From assembly GCA_965198225.1 (NCBI GenBank), contig CBDAOY010000007.1, positions 990,045 through 1,054,044 of the forward strand: a DNA stretch of 64,000 nucleotides, in the 5' to 3' direction. The DNA is from Terriglobia bacterium (GTDB lineage Bacteria; Acidobacteriota; Terriglobia; 20CM-2-55-15). The position numbers and the translations under genes are program-made. Of this stretch, positions 27,792-37,489 are shown piece after piece (position 1 is the first letter of the stretch; the number at the start of each line of letters is the position of its first letter). The notes beneath the pieces are model-generated. The model was not told the origin of the DNA, made no database searches, and saw nothing but the letters and a program-made list of their open reading frames with translations.

Positions 27792-28712
27792 ATGTTGCAT
27801 TTCATAATCCGCCGACTGATGGTGACGCTGCCGATGGTCCTGGTTGTCGTGTCGCTGACCTGGGCTTTGATCCGGCTGGCTCCCGGCAACTTCTACACGG
27901 GCGAGAAGCCGATTCCCCCAGCGATCGAAGCAAACCTCCGCGCCAAGTACGGGCTCGACCAGCCTTGGTACGTCCAGTACGGGAAGATGATCAGCAACAC
28001 GCTGAGGGGGGACTTCGGAAACTCGTTGCGATACCAGGGACAGTCGGTGAACGAGATCCTGGCTGCCTCGCTGCCGGTGTCGGCGGGGATTGGCTTCGCG
28101 GCATACCTGCTGGCCCTTCTCATCGGCGTGCTCGTCGGCACGGTCTCGGCGGTCAAACAGAATTCCAGCATGGACTACACGTCGATGGGCTTTGCCATGG
28201 TCGGCATCTCTGTGCCCAACTTCGTTCTCGGACCGATTCTGGTGCTGGCGTTCGCACTGACGCTGTTCTGGCTGCCTCCGGCCCGGTGGGAAGGCTTTTT
28301 CAGTGTCCATACCATTCTGCCCGTGATCACGCTGTCCGCAGTCTACATGGCCTACATCGCCCGGCTTGCGAGATCGGGAATGCTCGAGGTACTCCGATCC
28401 AACTACATCCGAACCGCGCGGGCCAAGGGTTTGGATGAGAAAACCGTCGTTGTGCGGCATGGCCTGAGGGGTGGACTGCTGCCCGTCGTTTCGTTCTCGG
28501 GTCCGGCTCTGGCCCTGCTCATATCGGGCACCGTAGTCGTCGAGCGCATTTTCGCGCTGCCGGGATTGGGAAACTATTTCATCAACGCCAACCTCAACCG
28601 CGATGAACCGTTGATCATCGGAATCGTCGCGTTTATGTCGATCTCGATCCTGATCTTCAATCTGCTGGTCGACATCGCGTATGGATTCCTGGACCCCAGG
28701 GTGAGGTATTGA
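27792..28712 (+). CDS. ABC transporter permease (OppB/DppB-like)
   Basis: Starts MLHFIIRRL. The EAA-type loop YIRTARAKGL is present. Confidence 0.9.
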   Translation: MLHFIIRRLMVTLPMVLVVVSLTWALIRLAPGNFYTGEKPIPPAIEANLRAKYGLDQPWYVQYGKMISNTLRGDFGNSLRYQGQSVNEILAASLPVSAGIGFAAYLLALLIGVLVGTVSAVKQNSSMDYTSMGFAMVGISVPNFVLGPILVLAFALTLFWLPPARWEGFFSVHTILPVITLSAVYMAYIARLARSGMLEVLRSNYIRTARAKGLDEKTVVVRHGLRGGLLPVVSFSGPALALLISGTVVVERIFALPGLGNYFINANLNRDEPLIIGIVAFMSISILIFNLLVDIAYGFLDPRVRY

Positions 28713-28898
28713 AGAAGTTATGCGTAGGCCGTTATCCGTTGTCGGAAGAGGAGCTACCAACTCACAACGACGTACCAACGGCCTACGGCCTACTGAACCG
28801 AGGAAGTTATGAGTAGTCAGCTGTCAGTAGTCAGTTTTGGGAAAGGGATGGCGTACCGCCCAACGGCCTACGGACAACGGCTTACGACTTATTGACGA
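28713..28898. repeat. Intercistronic repeat cluster (GTAGGCC/GTTATCC and AGTAGTC/AGCTGTC heptamer words with inverted partners)
   Basis: CGTAGGCCGTTATCCGTTGTCGG..CCAACGGCCTACGGCCTAC, then GAGTAGTCAGCTGTCAGTAGTCAGTTTTGG..CCAACGGCCTACGGACAACGGCTTAC. Confidence 0.7.
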
Positions 28899-29837
28899 AT
28901 GTCCCAGGTTACCGAAACCGAAGTTGTGGCCGGAACGTCCTTGTGGCGCGACGCATGGCGCCGCCTGCTTCGCAACAGGTTGGCCGTCATCGGCATGACT
29001 TTCGTCGCCTTGATCGTTCTCGCGTCGATCGTCGGCCCACCGATCATCGAGGCGACAACCGGTTTCACGTACGACTACATACCGGCTGATTCCTCGCAGA
29101 TTCGATCGTTCCCGCCATTCACGGCGCCTGACGGTTCCTTTTCCCTGACTCACCCGATGGGAACCGACGAGGCGGGGCGGGACATCCTCGCGAGAGTTCT
29201 GTTGGGCGGGCGAATCTCTCTCATGGTCGGAAGCATTTCGACGATCGTGTCCCTGCTCATCGGTGTGACATACGGGGCGACGGCCGGTTACGTGGGCGGC
29301 CGGGTCGATGACGGGATGATGCGCATCGTCGACGTGCTCTACGCGATTCCATACATGATGGTTGTGATCGTCCTGCTGGCTTTCTTCGGAGGTCAGTCGC
29401 CGCTGGGTCAGTTGTTTCTGTTGTTCTTCGCTCTCGGCGCCGTGTCGTGGCTGACGATGGCCCGAATCGTGCGGGGACAGGTGATCTCGTTGAAGAACCA
29501 GGAATTCGTCCTCGCCGCGCGCGCCGGGGGCGTGTCGACTCCAAAGATCATCTTCAGGCATCTCGTTCCGAACACGCTCGGACCGGTCGTCGTCTACGCG
29601 ACGTTAACGATCCCGTCCGTCATGCTGCTCGAGGCGTTCCTGTCTTTCCTGGGTCTCGGTGTCCAGGCTCCGCTCGCCTCGTGGGGGAGTCTCGCCGCGG
29701 ACGGCATCCGAAACATCGCCGTCTTCCCGTGGCAGCTGATCTTTCCCGGAGTGACGATGGCCGCGACGCTGTTCTCGTTGAACTTCATGGGTGACGGGCT
29801 CCGGGACGCCTTGGATCCGCAGATGCGAAAGATGTAA
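28899..29837 (+). CDS. ABC transporter permease (OppC/DppC-like)
   Basis: Typical OppC N-terminus (WRDAWRRLLRNRLAV) and permease core. Confidence 0.9.
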   Translation: MSQVTETEVVAGTSLWRDAWRRLLRNRLAVIGMTFVALIVLASIVGPPIIEATTGFTYDYIPADSSQIRSFPPFTAPDGSFSLTHPMGTDEAGRDILARVLLGGRISLMVGSISTIVSLLIGVTYGATAGYVGGRVDDGMMRIVDVLYAIPYMMVVIVLLAFFGGQSPLGQLFLLFFALGAVSWLTMARIVRGQVISLKNQEFVLAARAGGVSTPKIIFRHLVPNTLGPVVVYATLTIPSVMLLEAFLSFLGLGVQAPLASWGSLAADGIRNIAVFPWQLIFPGVTMAATLFSLNFMGDGLRDALDPQMRKM

Positions 29838-29999
29838 GCACGGATTACACGGATGGACTTACACATACAGGAGGAAGACAAGCCACGGATTGCACGGATT
29901 ACACGGACAGGAAGAAGCCCGTGGTCTGCATTCCGAAAAGACTACTCCTAATCCGTTAAATCCGTGTAATCCGTGGCTTAGCAGTCTGAACATCAACGT
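29838..29999. repeat. Intercistronic repeat hairpin (CACGGATT-type direct repeats with an inverted copy AATCCGTGTAATCCGTGGC)
   Basis: gCCACGGATTGCACGGATTACACGG .. CCGTTAAATCCGTGTAATCCGTGGc. Confidence 0.7.
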
Positions 30000-31034
30000 A
30001 TGAACGAGGCTACGCTACTTTCGGTCCGATCACTAAGGACCTACTTCGAAACCGAGGACGGTACCGTCAGGGCGGTCGACGGTATCGATTTCGACCTCGC
30101 CTGCGGACGGACGCTCGGTATCGTCGGAGAATCCGGGTCCGGGAAGTCGGTCACCAACCTTTCGATCATGCGCCTGATCCCGTCGCCACCAGGTCGCATC
30201 GCTTCGGGCGAGATCGACTTCGACGGCCGGGATCTCCTGTCCCTGTCTGAGGAGGACATGCGCGGCGTTCGCGGCGATCGCATCGCGATGATCTTCCAGG
30301 ACCCTATGACTTCGTTGAACCCGTTCATGCGGATCTCGGACCAGCTCATGGAAGTGACCCGCCTCCACCTCGGGCACGGCAGGGCCGAGGCGCTCGAACA
30401 CGCGGTCGGAATGTTGGAGCTGGTCGGTATTCCGGATGCGCGCGAACGCGCGGGGAACTATCCACACGAGTTTTCCGGAGGAATGCGCCAACGCGTGATG
30501 ATAGCGATGGCATTATCGTGCGAGCCGAAACTGCTCATCGCCGACGAGCCAACGACGGCTCTGGACGTCACGATTCAGGCGCAGATTCTCGAACTGATCC
30601 GAAAACTGAAACGGGAGACAGGCACGAGCGTCATCCTGATCACCCACGACCTCGGCGTTGTAGCCGGTATGACCGACGACATCGTGGTCATGTACGCCGG
30701 CAAGGTCTTTGAACAGGCGCCGACACGCAGGCTGTTTGCCAATCCGGCCAATCCGTACACCGAAGGGTTGTTGCGCTCGGTCCCTGGACCGTCGTCGAAC
30801 GGCGGGGAGCTGTACCAGATTCCTGGTCTGCCTCCCGACCTCACGCGGCTCGGACCCGGCTGTCCGTTCGCGCCCCGATGCGACAGGGCGCAAGAGATCT
30901 GCAACAGCGAATTCCCGCCCTTCGTGGAACTCGGGCCCGACCATCACTCGCTGTGTCACTTCGCCGCCGAGGTTTACGCCGCGAACGGCGGGAGACAATA
31001 TGACGCCGGCTCGCCGTCCGAAACCGGTGATTGA
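30000..31034 (+). CDS. ABC transporter ATP-binding protein (OppD/DppD-like)
   Basis: [35 protein letters not shown], and an oligopeptide-type C-terminal extension. Confidence 0.9.
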   Translation: MNEATLLSVRSLRTYFETEDGTVRAVDGIDFDLACGRTLGIVGESGSGKSVTNLSIMRLIPSPPGRIASGEIDFDGRDLLSLSEEDMRGVRGDRIAMIFQDPMTSLNPFMRISDQLMEVTRLHLGHGRAEALEHAVGMLELVGIPDARERAGNYPHEFSGGMRQRVMIAMALSCEPKLLIADEPTTALDVTIQAQILELIRKLKRETGTSVILITHDLGVVAGMTDDIVVMYAGKVFEQAPTRRLFANPANPYTEGLLRSVPGPSSNGGELYQIPGLPPDLTRLGPGCPFAPRCDRAQEICNSEFPPFVELGPDHHSLCHFAAEVYAANGGRQYDAGSPSETGD

Positions 31035-31039
31035 GAGAC

Positions 31040-32122
31040 ATGGCTGAAAGCGCAACAGGACCGGACGTGGCCCACAACGGAACGCTTCTCTCGATCCGGG
31101 ATCTCAAGGTGCATTTCGATCTGGGCGGCGGAACCCTGTGGGATAGGGCCACAGGGGGGAGTCCGGTCCGGCGCGTCGTCAAGGCTGTCGACGGTGTGAC
31201 CATCGACATCCGCGCCGGCGAGACCCTGGGCCTGGTCGGAGAATCCGGATGCGGCAAGTCCACCCTCGGGCGTGCGCTGCTACGTTTGGAAGAGCCGACT
31301 GCCGGCGCGGTCGTTTTTCGCGGAGTGGACCTCCGCGGCCTGGCGCCGGCCGCGATGCGCGAGCAGCGGCGTCATCTGCAGATGATTTTCCAGGATCCGT
31401 ACGCGTCCCTGAACCCGCGCATGACGGTCGGGCAGATCGTCTCGGAGCCGATCGAGACCTTCGGACTGGCATCCGGCGCGGAAAAGGCCGGCCGGGTGAA
31501 TGAGCTGATGGAAACGGTCGGGCTCAGCCAGAGGTTCGTCAAGCGGTACCCGCACGAGTTCTCCGGCGGACAGCAACAGCGCATCGGCATCGCGCGCGCA
31601 CTGGCGGCCAATCCTGATTTCATTGTCGCCGACGAGCCCATATCGGCCCTGGACGTGTCGATCCAGGCGCAGATCATCAACTTGATCGAGCGGTTGCGCC
31701 GGGAACGAAACCTGACATACCTGTTCATCTCACACGATCTCCGCGCTATCCGGCACACTGCCGATCGCGTCGCGGTGATGTATCTGGGAAAGCTCGTCGA
31801 GCTGGGTGACGCCGAGACTCTCTACAACGACCCGCTCATGCCGTACACGAAGGCGCTGATCTCGGCGGTTCCCATTCCCGACCCCGAACGGGAGTTGGCG
31901 CGCGAGCGTGTCGTGCTGGAAGGTGACGTTCCGTCCCCCATCAACCCGCCCTCTGGCTGTCGCTTCCACACCCGCTGTCCTTATGCCATCCACGCTTGCA
32001 GGGAGAACGTGCCTGAGCTCGTCGAAATCAAGCCGGACCACATGGCCGCGTGCATCCGGATCAGTTCCGAGCAGCCCGACATCGACGGGGTTGCGCCTGA
32101 TTCGGCCCCGGGACTTGGTTGA
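31040..32122 (+). CDS. ABC transporter ATP-binding protein (OppF/DppF-like)
   Basis: [37 protein letters not shown] prefer the ATG at 31040 over the TTG at 31031 used by the track. Confidence 0.9.
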   Translation: MAESATGPDVAHNGTLLSIRDLKVHFDLGGGTLWDRATGGSPVRRVVKAVDGVTIDIRAGETLGLVGESGCGKSTLGRALLRLEEPTAGAVVFRGVDLRGLAPAAMREQRRHLQMIFQDPYASLNPRMTVGQIVSEPIETFGLASGAEKAGRVNELMETVGLSQRFVKRYPHEFSGGQQQRIGIARALAANPDFIVADEPISALDVSIQAQIINLIERLRRERNLTYLFISHDLRAIRHTADRVAVMYLGKLVELGDAETLYNDPLMPYTKALISAVPIPDPERELARERVVLEGDVPSPINPPSGCRFHTRCPYAIHACRENVPELVEIKPDHMAACIRISSEQPDIDGVAPDSAPGLG

Positions 32123-32132
32123 GAAATTCCTG

Positions 32133-32400
32133 TCTGAAAAGTTTTGGGTAAGTAGACACCCGAGGACAGGGCTATACCCCTGTCCCCCTCACATTGGCTC
32201 TTTCACGGACTTTTCGCGTAGCGACCGGAAAACCCTCTGTGCCTCCGCGCCTTTGCGGTGAGATCGCCGCTCTGAAGAGTTCTGCGTAAGCAGACACCCG
32301 GGGACAGGGCTATACCCCTGTCCCCCTCACATTGGCTCTCTCACGGACATCCCGCGTAACGACAGGAAAACCCTCCGTGCCTCCGCGCCTCCGTGGTTAG
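32133..32400. repeat. Two tandem 138-bp repeat units with a central palindrome GGACAGGG-ctatac-CCCTGTCC
   Basis: The units start at 32133 and 32271 (TCTGAARAGTT..GTAAGYAGACACCC..). The second unit abuts the stop codon of the convergent permease gene. Confidence 0.8.
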
Positions 32401-33713
32401 TCTTCTTTCATCACCAGTGTTTTTGCGTGTTTCGAGCGGAACAGGTAGGCCACGTAGCCGAGGGTGAGCGTGGCGATTCCGGTCAGAGTCGAGATCGGTT
32501 GGGACTGGATGCTCCACACGGTGATCCAGAGGGCAAAGATCGTGAAGATCAGCGGCGGGATGGGGTAGCCGATACAGATGCGGTGAGTGGAGCGGCCGGA
32601 TCGGCGGAGGCGGAACAGGCTGATCACCGTCAGCGCCGCAAAAATGTTCAGAGTGAAACCGATGTAGATCAGCAACGCGGTGAACGACGACGTCAGCGCA
32701 ATCAGCACCGCAAGGGTTGCCTGGAAGAACACGGCGAAACTGGGGACATTCCGATGATTGAGTCTGCCGAAACGCTCGGGAAGAAACCCGTCCCGGGCCA
32801 TGGCCTCGGCGACGCGCGGGCCGGTCAGGAGCATGGCGCTGATCGGAGCGATCAGGGTCACGGCGATCAAGGTCGACACGAGCCGCCCGCCCTCGGGTCC
32901 CCAGACGGTCCTCGCGACGAGGTAGCCGACTTCTTCGACGCCGGAGAGTTCCTCGAGTCCTACGGATCGCAAAAAGGAAAGGTTGACGAGAAAATACAGG
33001 AGCGTGACGCCGCCCGCGCCCCATAGCAAAGAGCGAGGCAGGTTGCGCTCCGGCCGATCGATCTCCGTCCCGATGTATGCCGCAGCATTCCAACCGCTGT
33101 AGGCGAACGAGATGAACACAAGAACGACCGCGAACGACGACGAGGTCCAGAATCCGGGATTGAACGTCAGGGGGGACCCCGACCTGACGTCCGGTCCGGC
33201 GAAGAGGATGCCGAACACGAACGCCAGGAGCAGGAGCACCTTGATGGCGATCATGATGGTCTGTACCCGGCTTCCGAGTTTCAGATCATATGCGTGGAGC
33301 AGGGCGAGCAACAGAATCGTTCCCGCCGCCATCCCCCGGACGGGCCAGTTCGGCAAAATGGTGCCGACGTAGAGATGCATGGCCATGGCCGATGCTGCGA
33401 TCGGGGCGGCAAACCCGACGATCAGGGAAACCCAGCCGGAAATGAAACCTGCGGCCGGGTGGAGAAGCCGGCTCAGATAATGGTATTCGCCGCCCGAGGC
33501 CGGGAAGTGTGCACCGATCTCCCCGTAACAGAGGGCGCCGCACAGGGCGATTGCGCCGCCGACCAGCCACCCGAGGAGAATGTCGCCGCCTTCGGCACCC
33601 ATGGACACCATCAACCCGGTCGTCGTGAAGATGCCGGTGCCGATCATGCTCGAGACGACGATCGCCGAAGCCGGTATCGCGCCCAGAACACGGCGGTTTT
33701 CGGTGTCTCTCAC
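32397..33713 (-). CDS. APC-superfamily amino acid permease
   Basis: 438 aa with about 12 hydrophobic segments. The N-terminus IPASAIVVSSMIGTGIFTTTG is typical of APC transporters. Confidence 0.85.
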   Translation of the reverse strand: MRDTENRRVLGAIPASAIVVSSMIGTGIFTTTGLMVSMGAEGGDILLGWLVGGAIALCGALCYGEIGAHFPASGGEYHYLSRLLHPAAGFISGWVSLIVGFAAPIAASAMAMHLYVGTILPNWPVRGMAAGTILLLALLHAYDLKLGSRVQTIMIAIKVLLLLAFVFGILFAGPDVRSGSPLTFNPGFWTSSSFAVVLVFISFAYSGWNAAAYIGTEIDRPERNLPRSLLWGAGGVTLLYFLVNLSFLRSVGLEELSGVEEVGYLVARTVWGPEGGRLVSTLIAVTLIAPISAMLLTGPRVAEAMARDGFLPERFGRLNHRNVPSFAVFFQATLAVLIALTSSFTALLIYIGFTLNIFAALTVISLFRLRRSGRSTHRICIGYPIPPLIFTIFALWITVWSIQSQPISTLTGIATLTLGYVAYLFRSKHAKTLVMKED

Positions 33714-33783
33714 GTCCAGGGAATCCTACCAGACTTGCCACGCGGGCCAGATGAAATGATGTAATACGAGTGAGGTCTGTTCG

Positions 33784-34683
33784 ATGCGTGTCTGTTACGG
33801 TCCCGGCTACACCATCCCTCTGCCGCACACCCATCCGTTTCCGATGGGCAAGTACGAGGCGCTCTACCGGATTCTGATCGAAGAGGGCTTGATCGTTCCC
33901 GCCGACGCGCACGATCCCGGCGAAGCGGATTGGAGCGACCTGGCCTTGGTGCATACCTACCAGTACCTCGATACGCTCCGCCGAGGCAGTCTCGACAGGG
34001 ATGCTGAACGGCGTCTGGGTCTGCCGTTTTCCGAAGTTCTTCTACGCCGCTCGCGCCTGGCCGTCCAGGGTACGATCGACGCCGGACAGTTTGCCCTCGA
34101 GGAAGGAATCGCAGCCAACCTGGCCGGCGGCACCCACCACGCGTTTCCGGGCCACGGTGAAGGCTACTGCCTGCTGAACGACGTCGCCGTCGCCGTGCGG
34201 GTCTTGAAACGCTCGAAGGCAATCGAGAACACCCTGGTGGTGGATCTGGACGTACATCACGGGAACGGCAGTGCCAGCATCTTTGCCGAGGACCCATCGA
34301 CCTTCACGTTGTCGATCCACGGCGCGAAGAATTACCCGTGGGTGAAACCTCCCTCCTCGATCGATGTGGCGCTTCCGGACGGGACCGGAGACGAAGAATA
34401 TGTCACAGCGCTCGTCAGCCACCTGGATACCGCGGTATCAGAGTCCTGCCCGGACCTGATCTTCTACCTGGCCGGCGTTGACGCCGCGGCCGGAGATCGT
34501 TTCGGCCGGCTCTCGCTCAGTCCGGAAGGCCTGCGTCGGAGGGACCGCTACGTTCTGGATGCTGCGAGACGTCACGGCATTCCGATCACGCTCCTGCTCT
34601 CGGGGGGGTATGCGAAAACGCCGCAGATGACTGCCGAGTTGCATGCCATCGTTCATCGTGAACGGTGCGCCGTCTACGGGTGA
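33784..34683 (+). CDS. Histone deacetylase-family (class II-like/AcuC-like) deacetylase
   Basis: GGTHHAFPGHGEGYCLLNDVAVA and DLDVHHGNG. Confidence 0.85.
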   Translation: MRVCYGPGYTIPLPHTHPFPMGKYEALYRILIEEGLIVPADAHDPGEADWSDLALVHTYQYLDTLRRGSLDRDAERRLGLPFSEVLLRRSRLAVQGTIDAGQFALEEGIAANLAGGTHHAFPGHGEGYCLLNDVAVAVRVLKRSKAIENTLVVDLDVHHGNGSASIFAEDPSTFTLSIHGAKNYPWVKPPSSIDVALPDGTGDEEYVTALVSHLDTAVSESCPDLIFYLAGVDAAAGDRFGRLSLSPEGLRRRDRYVLDAARRHGIPITLLLSGGYAKTPQMTAELHAIVHRERCAVYG

Positions 34684-34704
34684 CCCAGACCGCTGCGGAG
34701 CATC

Positions 34705-34979
34705 CTAGTGACCTGTAACAGTGCTATCGGTACCAGCGTTCGGCGGAACGGCGTCGGATTCTAGGAGTGACGCTCGAGCCAATGCTGTTTCATTGCGAGG
34801 GCGTTGCGACACCGAAGACGGCGCCGTTCCGCCGAACCCTTCGGGCCGATGGGGGTTGCGGGCGATCTCTTTGTCGGAAGCCGTCACCGATGAAAGAGCA
34901 TCGCTTTCCGTCTCCCTCCTCGACCTCGCCCGCAAGACCCATCGGCGATGGTGCCGATAGCACTGCTACAGGCCACTAG
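34705..34979 (+). mobile_element. 275-bp MITE-like element, copy 2
   Basis: Same element as 25414..25688, with four substitutions. It starts 22 bp after the stop codon of the deacetylase gene. Confidence 0.7.
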
Positions 34980-35073
34980 GGTCCTTCTGGTTGTGGTACC
35001 TCGCCGTCCGCTTGCTATAATTGCGACTCTCCAGTCACCCAGAGAAGCGTATGCCGTTCGGCAGGTTGTCAGG

Positions 35074-36888
35074 ATGGAAGAAGAGAAGCTCGACGAAATC
35101 TTGAAAGGACAGGACGAAGCGCCCGTCGTCGAAGAGAAGCTGCGCACGCCGATGACGATTCTCTTCAGCGACATCAAGGGGTCGACCGCGTACTTCGAAC
35201 GGTATGGCGACGTCGAAGGGCTCGCGATGGTCCAGCGCCACAACGATCTCCTGTTTCCCTGCGTCGAGAACAACCACGGTCGGATCATCAAAACGATCGG
35301 CGATGCGATCATGGCGCTTTTCAACAATCCTGTTGATGCCATGAAGGCGGCAGCCGCCATGCAGCGCTCACTGTTCGACGACCGGAGCAACCGGTCGGAA
35401 TCGCAACGGGTCCACATCCGCATCGGCCTTCACACCGGCTTGGGATTGATGCAGGACAACGACGTGTTCGGCGACGTCGTCAACGCCTCGGCCAGGGTAC
35501 AGAGCCAGTCCGAACCCGACCAGATACTGATCACCGACAGCCTGCTGCATGCCGCCGAGACGGCCGGCATGCAGGTGGGTAAGCTCGGGCGGGCCCGGAT
35601 GAAGGGTAAGGATGAGCCGATCGACATCTACGCGGTGGCCTGGTCCGGGTGGGCGACCCAGCAGTTGATCGACGAGCTGCAGAGGAAGTTCGACGGTGCG
35701 TTGAGGGGGGCGAAAGAGAGACACAAGGCCCTGGAGGAAGAATTCGACGCCGCCCGCGACGGGTGGCGTGATGAACGGCGCCGTCTAAACGCCGAAGTCG
35801 AGCGCCTCGAGGAAGGTGCTCTCGACGCGATGGAAACGGCGCGAAACCAGGTATCCGAAGAGTTCCAGAAACAGCACCAGTTCAAGCAGGAAGCGACCGA
35901 CAAGGCCCGCGGGCAGGCCGAGGAGGATCTCAAAGGCACTCAGGAACGATTCGAGGCCGAGCGCGTCTCACTGAAGGCTCAGATCGCCAACCTGGAGGGG
36001 CGCCTCGTCGAAGCGATGGAGCGGAGCAACAACCCTGCGCGGGCTGCGACCCAGATTCGAGAACAGGTTCAAACGCGGTTGGACCAGGCCAAGAAGGAAT
36101 GGCAAGCCCAGTGGGAAGTCGAGCGGAAAAGGCTGGAAGCCGAGATCGAGAATGCAAAGACTGCCGGTCAGCCCAAGGATCCGATGGCCGAGGCGCGCCG
36201 GTTGATGATGGAGAAAATCAAGGCCAAACAGGAGGGCCGGGAGCCGGGCACACCGGGCGCCGAACTGGCCGCTGCGAAGGAAAAAGCGGAGAAAGAGCGT
36301 GACGAACTGCAGGCTCGCGTCGCGGGTCTCGAAAAAGAGGTCCAGAATGCCGAGGAAATAATCCGCCAGGAGGTTTACAACGACCTGCGTCACAAGTACG
36401 ACCAGAAGCTCGAGGCCGCGGATCGGATCAAGAAGCAACTTCAGCACGAAGTCCAGTCGCTCTCCGAGCAGCTCCAGGGCGAACGGGAGTCGCTTTCAGC
36501 GAGAATCAATCAGCTCGAAGCGGATGTGTCCGAGGCTGAGAACGCAGCCCGCGTCCAGGCGTCGGCTGAGGTCCGTTCCGACTACGAAAGCAAACTCGAC
36601 GACGCGGAGCGCGCGCGCTCCCGGCTGGAACGCCGCCGTCAGGAAGCCGTCGAAGAGATGGAACTGGAACGTTCCCGCCTGGAGAAACAGGTGAAGACCC
36701 TCGAGGCCGGCGTGCAGGAGGCCCGTGAAATGGCCTTCAAACGATCAAGCGATCCGACGATCGAGGAGCTCAACCGGTTGAGGCATCACCTGGAAGAAGA
36801 ATTTCGCGAGAAGACCGCTGCGTGGGAAGACGAGAAGCGCCACCTGCTGGAAAAGATTGCCCGCCTCGAAAACCCTGAAGGCGATTGA
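35074..36888 (+). CDS. Class III adenylate/guanylate cyclase domain fused to a ~450-aa coiled coil
   Basis: MTILFSDIKGSTAYFERYGD..IKTIGDAIMALF..RIGLHTG. This is followed by E/R/K/Q-rich heptad-like sequence. I prefer the ATG at 35074, because the track start at 34948 lies inside the MITE-like element. Confidence 0.8.
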   Translation: MEEEKLDEILKGQDEAPVVEEKLRTPMTILFSDIKGSTAYFERYGDVEGLAMVQRHNDLLFPCVENNHGRIIKTIGDAIMALFNNPVDAMKAAAAMQRSLFDDRSNRSESQRVHIRIGLHTGLGLMQDNDVFGDVVNASARVQSQSEPDQILITDSLLHAAETAGMQVGKLGRARMKGKDEPIDIYAVAWSGWATQQLIDELQRKFDGALRGAKERHKALEEEFDAARDGWRDERRRLNAEVERLEEGALDAMETARNQVSEEFQKQHQFKQEATDKARGQAEEDLKGTQERFEAERVSLKAQIANLEGRLVEAMERSNNPARAATQIREQVQTRLDQAKKEWQAQWEVERKRLEAEIENAKTAGQPKDPMAEARRLMMEKIKAKQEGREPGTPGAELAAAKEKAEKERDELQARVAGLEKEVQNAEEIIRQEVYNDLRHKYDQKLEAADRIKKQLQHEVQSLSEQLQGERESLSARINQLEADVSEAENAARVQASAEVRSDYESKLDDAERARSRLERRRQEAVEEMELERSRLEKQVKTLEAGVQEAREMAFKRSSDPTIEELNRLRHHLEEEFREKTAAWEDEKRHLLEKIARLENPEGD

Positions 36889-36963
36889 ATACGACCATCC
36901 GAATCCCTCCTTCGCGCGTCTAACCAGTTGACGCACCAGAAACGGTCAGCCACGGTGAGAGAT

Positions 36964-37194
36964 ATGGTCAAGAATTTCATCCCGAACTGCGACCTGTGCG
37001 GTCGAGAGATTCCCGAAGGGAAGTACCCGCAACGAAGGGTGCCGACGAACGGGATCGAACTGTTGATCGTGCTCCTGGAGAATTCCGATCCGGAACTGGA
37101 ACTGCGGGAAAACGAAGACGGGACCGTCGACCTGGACACGTGTCTGGACTGCTACACGCGGATGGCTTTTTCGCATAGCCACGCGGTGAATTAA
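36964..37194 (+). CDS. Small hypothetical protein with paired CxxC motifs (zinc-ribbon-like)
   Basis: MVKNFIPNCDLCGREIP...LDTCLDCYTRM. It is followed by the hairpin GTGCGCTC-tatat-GAGCGCAC (37200..37220). Confidence 0.35.
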   Translation: MVKNFIPNCDLCGREIPEGKYPQRRVPTNGIELLIVLLENSDPELELRENEDGTVDLDTCLDCYTRMAFSHSHAVN

Positions 37195-37236
37195 GTGTGG
37201 GTGCGCTCTATATGAGCGCACATCGTTTCGGCTCAA

Positions 37237-37486
37237 AGAATGTGCGGTCATAGACCGCAGCTACACCTATCGCAAATTGCGATATTTGAAAGAATCCACA
37301 TTGCAGGTTGCTCATTGGAGATTGTTTCATTTTAGATTTCCGACCAATAAGAAATCGAGCAATTTGCAATCTCCAAATTTCCAATGCGGAATCGTCCAAT
37401 GACCAATCTGCAATAGCTGTCAGACGAGGTCCCAGCCACCTCCCTCGATCGAGTAGAATGTGCGGTCATAGAGCGCACCTACACTT
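37237..37486. repeat. Composite repeat: ~30-bp direct repeats (GAATGTGCGGTCATAGASCGCA..CTACAC) flanking a palindromic CATTGGAGATTG / CAATCTCCAAAT core
   Basis: The direct repeats are at 37237..37266 and 37456..37486. The left half of the core (AATCCACATTGCAGGTTGCTCATTGGAGATTGTTTCA) recurs at about 23170..23215. Confidence 0.6.
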
Positions 37487-37489
37487 CCA

